IMG/VR virus record: IMGVR_UViG_3300027586_000767
Location: 1-47,851 of that record
Source of the DNA: a virus
Taxonomy: Duplodnaviria > Caudoviricetes
Strand: one strand, 5' to 3'
DNA: 47,851 nucleotides
How positions within the stretch are numbered: position 1 is the stretch's first letter; the number at the start of each line of letters is the position of its first letter. The position numbers were made by a program, and so were the translations under genes. This document shows positions 43,461 to 47,851 of this stretch, piece by piece. The notes below the pieces were generated by a model that was not told the origin of the DNA, searched no databases, and worked only from the letters and a program-made list of their open reading frames with translations.

Positions 43461-45062
43461 TTAACTTTTATCCGTTTTTATGTATTCTGCTATGGTTTCT
43501 GACTCAATTGGGGTCAAATAGTCAGGATCATACTCTCCTGTACTCAATTTTTCAATCAAATGTTGCATATAACCGTCATCTGACAAATGGGTTTCTACAC
43601 TGTCACGTTTTAATTCTATCCATTTTGAACCGTTAAATTTATATATACGGTGCGGAATAGTATCAACTCTAGTATAGATATCGCCGTTAAATGCAGATTC
43701 GGGAAATTTAGTTCCAAATGATACTTTGGGTAAATTAGGATTCCCCTCATCTGCTAGTAAATCAGGTCTTAAATCTTTAAGGACCCTACGATGGATCCGT
43801 TGTCCTTCGAATTCTACGTATTCATCACCTACCCTTTTAAAAGGTTGGATGGTAGTTTGGGTATCATCAACCGTAATTGTAGTACTATTGACTGTACGGG
43901 TATCTGCAAATGCAGGGCCTGTTTGTACCCATTCACCTGTATTTAAATCTTTAAACCCTTCAAAATTGGGAGTGTCATCATTAGTAACGGGTTCTGGATC
44001 TACTGTATCTGCCATTTGTTCTTCAATTGTAGGCTGAGATTTCTTTTCCAATTCCTTAAAGACTTCTTCCTCTTCTTTAGTAACTTCAACGACTTCTACT
44101 GGTTTGATATCGCTAAACTTATTAGCTACGTAAGGTTCAAATTCTTCCGGTGGTCTAGCAGAAGGAAACGGCCATGATGCAATAGGTTCAGTATCTAATG
44201 CTTGTATTTCTTCCTCAGTAAACGGTCTTGTATCTTCTTCTTTGGGTGGGATGATAGCCATAGCATTTCTATCATCTTCTAATAATTCTTCTTCTTTATC
44301 CCAATCTTTACTCTGATTAGCCGCAATCACTAGCATAATAGCAAGTGGATCAAAAACAATAACAAGTAATATAATTACCCAACGCACTGCACGTTCTAAC
44401 AAGTTGGCATCTGGGTTGTCACCATATATGAATGCCGCAATATACTTAATAGGACCTACTTCGGCTTCTACTTTACGTAATTCAGTAGCAACGGGTGCTC
44501 GTTCTTCATTTAATTTAGCAATAATAGTTTGTGCTTTGGCGATATCATTTTGTAATGCAGTTCGTTCTTTTTGTTGTTGTCTACGAATTTGAACAGCACG
44601 TTCTGCACCTCTATCATTTTCAGTACGACCTAACATCTGGTCTACCTGTGCATCCATTTGTAATAATGCTTTTCTACTGGTTTCTATATTATCACGCTCA
44701 GTTTTAATTTTTTCATCAAACAATGCAACTTTAGCTGAAACATCACCAGTCGGTACACCTTGGTCTAAGTGTGCTTTACTTAAGAATCCAAAGATACCCA
44801 TACTTGTTAGTAATGCAAGTGCAACAACTGCCGGTACTAGATACATTTTCATTATCCAAGTACATCGTTTCCAATACTTGCGTAACCAAACTGTAGTTGT
44901 GATTTTTGCTAGCTCCAATGCACTACCCATAATAATAATGGGTATTACTGCGCCTGCAAATATGGCGGCTAAACCGATGATACTATACCATGCGGCTATG
45001 CCACTTAATGCTAGTGCTACCAATAATGTAGCATTACTGAACGTGAAAATTTTAGAGGACAT
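43461..45062 (-). CDS. Multi-pass membrane protein with coiled coil and acidic tail
   Basis: AA.YSI.GL, LE.AK, TSMGIFGFLS, GPIKYIA, VFDPLA. Confidence 0.8.
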   Translation of the reverse strand: MSSKIFTFSNATLLVALALSGIAAWYSIIGLAAIFAGAVIPIIIMGSALELAKITTTVWLRKYWKRCTWIMKMYLVPAVVALALLTSMGIFGFLSKAHLDQGVPTGDVSAKVALFDEKIKTERDNIETSRKALLQMDAQVDQMLGRTENDRGAERAVQIRRQQQKERTALQNDIAKAQTIIAKLNEERAPVATELRKVEAEVGPIKYIAAFIYGDNPDANLLERAVRWVIILLVIVFDPLAIMLVIAANQSKDWDKEEELLEDDRNAMAIIPPKEEDTRPFTEEEIQALDTEPIASWPFPSARPPEEFEPYVANKFSDIKPVEVVEVTKEEEEVFKELEKKSQPTIEEQMADTVDPEPVTNDDTPNFEGFKDLNTGEWVQTGPAFADTRTVNSTTITVDDTQTTIQPFKRVGDEYVEFEGQRIHRRVLKDLRPDLLADEGNPNLPKVSFGTKFPESAFNGDIYTRVDTIPHRIYKFNGSKWIELKRDSVETHLSDDGYMQHLIEKLSTGEYDPDYLTPIESETIAEYIKTDKS

Positions 45063-45103
45063 CTGTTATTTATTCATATGATTTTGTTGAAGAACAGTAC
45101 TTA

Positions 45104-45328
45104 TTATAACACCTTACCTAAGCCAAGCCAAATTAATTGGTCTAATTCAGATTGATAATCTTTGCCTACACGGCGTTTTTCGTAAATGATTTCAAGTATT
45201 TCTTTGCCATCACTATATCCTATAACATCTGAACCACGATTCTCTAATTCATCAATTAGGTCATCAGTATCAAAGTCTCCAAGATCAACCTCAACTTCAA
45301 CCTCAGTATAGATTGTTTTATAGCCCAT
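45104..45328 (-). CDS. Hypothetical acidic protein
   Basis: GGAG RBS; VDL.DFDTDDLI.ELE.RG. Confidence 0.7.
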   Translation of the reverse strand: MGYKTIYTEVEVEVDLGDFDTDDLIDELENRGSDVIGYSDGKEILEIIYEKRRVGKDYQSELDQLIWLGLGKVL

Positions 45329-45545
45329 TATCTACTCCAAATAAATGCCCATATGTTTTAATAAACTCATCCGCTCTCATTAGCAATTTTCTAGGTAAAC
45401 TATCATTCATGCTAATAAAGTAATGGACCCATGTACCATCTTCACGGTCTTTTAATTGAATAACTTCAATCCTACCACCATCTTCAAATGAATATGATTT
45501 ACCAGTTAGGTTATCATTCATTTTTCTTTTCTTCGGTATCTTCAA
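45318..45545 (-). CDS. Hypothetical protein
   Basis: ORF within operon; start probably internal Met. Confidence 0.6.
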   Translation of the reverse strand: MKIPKKRKMNDNLTGKSYSFEDGGRIEVIQLKDREDGTWVHYFISMNDSLPRKLLMRADEFIKTYGHLFGVDNGL

Positions 45546-46155
45546 CGCTCAACTTGTCAAACTCACGCTTGAGGTCTTCCAATGCCGCTTCTAACTCTGC
45601 GGTGTTATCCTCAAAATCTTCTTCAACCTCATCATCTTCCACACCATCCTTTAAGCGACTCAGTGCATTAGTCTTTCGCTCTTGTTCTTTTTGTTCTTCT
45701 GCAATGCCAATTTCGGTTAACGTAGTATCACTTTCGCACATTGGACAAACTTTTTTGGCTTCACGCTCACCAGTTTCATCATCTTCTGGCCATATCCAAT
45801 CAGTATCAAACTTAGAACCTTCCCACTTACACTTGGTACACTTGTGTGTTACTGGGGATACATAATCTTCACGCACTTCCCAGTCTTCAACACTATATGT
45901 GATATCGTAACCACCTTTACGGTCGGTCCACCAATCATCATCATTGAGATAGTCCCAATCTAGGTCAACATTATTTTCCCAAGCATCATTGATAACCTCG
46001 TCAATATCTTCATCACCGGATTCTAGTCCATTTAATTTTGCTTGAATTTCATCTTCATCTAGGTCAGGATAAATCTCACCAAGGATATCAGCATCAATTT
46101 CAATGCCATATCGTTTTTCAACCTGATGCCACTCACTTTTTACTACTGTTACCAT
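45514..46155 (-). CDS. Acidic protein with zinc ribbon
   Basis: CTKC...CPMC. Confidence 0.7.
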   Translation of the reverse strand: MVTVVKSEWHQVEKRYGIEIDADILGEIYPDLDEDEIQAKLNGLESGDEDIDEVINDAWENNVDLDWDYLNDDDWWTDRKGGYDITYSVEDWEVREDYVSPVTHKCTKCKWEGSKFDTDWIWPEDDETGEREAKKVCPMCESDTTLTEIGIAEEQKEQERKTNALSRLKDGVEDDEVEEDFEDNTAELEAALEDLKREFDKLSVEDTEEKKNE

Positions 46156-46330
46156 TTTTCATTCCTTCACTAGTTAGATATTCCATGTAATATATATACT
46201 GTGGATATTGTTTTGCCAATTGAGAAATCATAGTGTGCATATCACGTTTTATAATTTCTATATCATCTGTTCTGCCGACGAATTCATCTAATTTTTTATT
46301 AAGTAAAATTTTAAAATTAGACTTATTCAT
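46133..46330 (-). CDS. Hypothetical protein
   Basis: ATGA coupling. Confidence 0.55.
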   Translation of the reverse strand: MNKSNFKILLNKKLDEFVGRTDDIEIIKRDMHTMISQLAKQYPQYIYYMEYLTSEGMKNGNSSKK

Positions 46331-46575
46331 TTTATTTCTTTAAGCGGTTTAACATCGTTGTGTTTTACAATTATAAAGTGTTTATACTCTTTGTCAATCT
46401 TAATTGGTAAATCTAAGTGTATGGTAATTTCCGGACCAGTGATTTCGCTAATCATTCTATCATTACCCACTGTACCCATGAAAGGTATTTTGTTAAACTT
46501 ACCAAATACTCTATCACCGATAAAGTATTTAGGTTGATATGCTTTTTTCGCAAAGTAATCAGTTAAGCTAGCCAT
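46327..46575 (-). CDS. Hypothetical SH3-like protein
   Basis: IGDRVFG..IPF.GTV. Confidence 0.65.
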   Translation of the reverse strand: MASLTDYFAKKAYQPKYFIGDRVFGKFNKIPFMGTVGNDRMISEITGPEITIHLDLPIKIDKEYKHFIIVKHNDVKPLKEIK

Positions 46576-46736
46576 TATTGTTGTTGCACACAGAACAAGT
46601 GAGCATTCAGTCCACGGTCTTTTAGAATTTTAGAAAGGTCTCTACATTCTTGATATGTTTTGACCTCAGCCAATTGAGTAAACTTTATCTCAAAAGGTGC
46701 TACATCCATGGTAAGTGCAATAATCAGCGCCCACAT
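46575..46736 (-). CDS. 53-aa hypothetical protein (not in ORF track)
   Basis: MWALII...TYQEC...FCVQ; TAATG coupling. Confidence 0.6.
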   Translation of the reverse strand: MWALIIALTMDVAPFEIKFTQLAEVKTYQECRDLSKILKDRGLNAHLFCVQQQ

Positions 46737-46737
46737 A

Positions 46738-47535
46738 TTACTTGTTAGTAGCAACAGTCGGAGTAACTACACCGTTGATAACCAGTGTCTGACCTTTGAA
46801 GTTAGCAATAGCACCTGGTAGTTGACGCATAGCGTCAGCTTCGGCTTCTGCCTTTAGCAAAGGAATAGCCATTGGGTTAGCCTGCATACTTTCGTTACGC
46901 TTTTTAGCAGTGGCTACTTTGACTTCTTCAGTTTTGTATTCGTTCTTGGCCTTGACCAATTCATTAGCAGAAGCAACAACCGAATCAGCAGGTACGATGT
47001 TACGGATTAGAACCTGACCAATTACAATAGTGCCGTCTAACTTTTCTTCTGTCAGTGTGCGTGTAATCTGTTCTTTAATTTCAGTTTCCATTGCTTGACG
47101 GGCATCGCCCATTTCCAATGCTTCGTACTTGCGAGCACTTTTATAGATAGCGTTACGTGCGGCATTGAAGATATAGTTATACATCAAGTAAACATCACCA
47201 CCATCAACCGCGTGGAAGCTACGATTCTTGGCATTGTAAATCTCAGCCACCTGCGCTTGATTAATGTTATAAGTAACCAGCGCATCAAAGTCCTTCATGG
47301 TGCTATTATCTTTGGCTAGTGGAGCCATGTTCTCAACCTTAACTGAGATTTCTTTAATTGGGAATGTAATAACATCACCGATAATAGTTTGATTGAATGA
47401 TCCAGGGAGCAACTCACCTGTACCAATTTGTTTGTCAAACCCTACACGGAGACCAACTTCACCAGTTTCAATACGTGTACAGCCAGTTGCCAAAATTGCG
47501 GCAGCGAGAATAGAGAGAGTAAAAATACGTTTCAT
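46738..47535 (-). CDS. SPFH/Band-7 (prohibitin-like) lipoprotein
   Basis: Lipobox-like ATGC; RIETGEVG; SPFH core; AAGGA RBS. Confidence 0.85.
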   Translation of the reverse strand: MKRIFTLSILAAAILATGCTRIETGEVGLRVGFDKQIGTGELLPGSFNQTIIGDVITFPIKEISVKVENMAPLAKDNSTMKDFDALVTYNINQAQVAEIYNAKNRSFHAVDGGDVYLMYNYIFNAARNAIYKSARKYEALEMGDARQAMETEIKEQITRTLTEEKLDGTIVIGQVLIRNIVPADSVVASANELVKAKNEYKTEEVKVATAKKRNESMQANPMAIPLLKAEAEADAMRQLPGAIANFKGQTLVINGVVTPTVATNK

Positions 47536-47544
47536 GTTTTTCCT

Positions 47545-47721
47545 TTAAAATAAAACTACAAAAGTGATTAAAAATATAAGTGTGAGTATAGCACAGATAG
47601 CACTATATGTCAATAGTTTAGTTACAGACCAGAGTTCTTTTTTGGTCATTTCTCTAACGGTTTTTATACCAAAAAAGAATAGACCAAATACAAATAAAAA
47701 TGCCAAGATAATTTTAATCAT
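47545..47721 (-). CDS. 58-aa two-TM membrane protein (not in ORF track)
   Basis: MIKIILAFLFVFGLFFFGI...; ATGA coupling with ligase. Confidence 0.65.
   Translation of the reverse strand: MIKIILAFLFVFGLFFFGIKTVREMTKKELWSVTKLLTYSAICAILTLIFLITFVVLF
47585..47613 (-). promoter_or_regulatory. sigma70 promoter for SPFH gene, inside upstream ORF
   Basis: TTGACA-17-TATACT with TGn. Confidence 0.6.
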
Positions 47722-47851
47722 TTGTCATCCCTAAATCTAACAAATCGTGGAAAGCGCAAACTATATGTACCATCACGATTTTGTGTCACTACATCACATA
47801 AGATTTCGGCTGTGCGTCCAATGATGTGATTGCTATCATTCCAATAACTAT
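47718..47851 (-). CDS. ATP-dependent DNA ligase, C-terminal fragment
   Basis: IIGRTAEI..D..TQ....YSLRFPRFVRFRDDK (motif VI). Confidence 0.85.
   Translation of the reverse strand, partial: SYWNDSNHIIGRTAEILCDVVTQNRDGTYSLRFPRFVRFRDDK

Noticed and set aside
1-47851. Alternative genetic code (stop-codon reassignment)
   Set aside because: Conserved genes (dnaK, clpX, clpP, sod) are full-length in code 11; TAA, TGA and TAG all end genes
1-47851. tRNA or tmRNA genes
   Set aside because: No cloverleaf or T-loop GTTCRANTC signature seen in the short intergenic gaps by eye; tRNAscan-SE/ARAGORN would confirm

Overview
AT-rich, gene-dense fragment of a large T4-like/jumbo tailed phage. The host is probably a betaproteobacterium, inferred from the DnaK and bS21 sequence signatures. 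Standard genetic code; no tRNA, rRNA, CRISPR array, integrase or transposase seen. Two convergent clusters of small early genes (about 2-12.8 kb on +, about 31.4-33.6 kb on -) are built from a repeated sigma70 promoter-leader-RBS unit (TTGACA-ATAAATCnnTTTGGGTA-TATAAT). Many other genes follow a T4-late-like TAAATA motif only 4-8 nt before the ATG, so their mRNAs are probably leaderless. Host-like genes: clpP, clpS, hsp20, dnaK, rpsU (bS21), clpX, infA, Fe/Mn SOD, S11 D-Ala-D-Ala peptidase, dCMP deaminase, MazG-like, 5'-nucleotidase and SPFH. Most interesting: (1) a PlcP-type phospholipase plus GT4 glycosyltransferase pair behind a Pho-box-like repeat, a possible phage-driven phospholipid-to-glycolipid remodelling system; (2) a 743-aa GNAT/ART-like/ParB/LysM/GH19 polyprotein with a capsid-targeting-like leader and repeated KQGVxE linkers; (3) matching ROSE-like RNA thermometers on dnaK and hsp20; (4) an unlisted 50-aa ArfA/BrfA-like ORF that, with IF-1, bS21 and leaderless mRNAs, suggests a translation-takeover kit; (5) the promoter cassette family itself. 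All family calls come from motif recognition by eye, without database searches.
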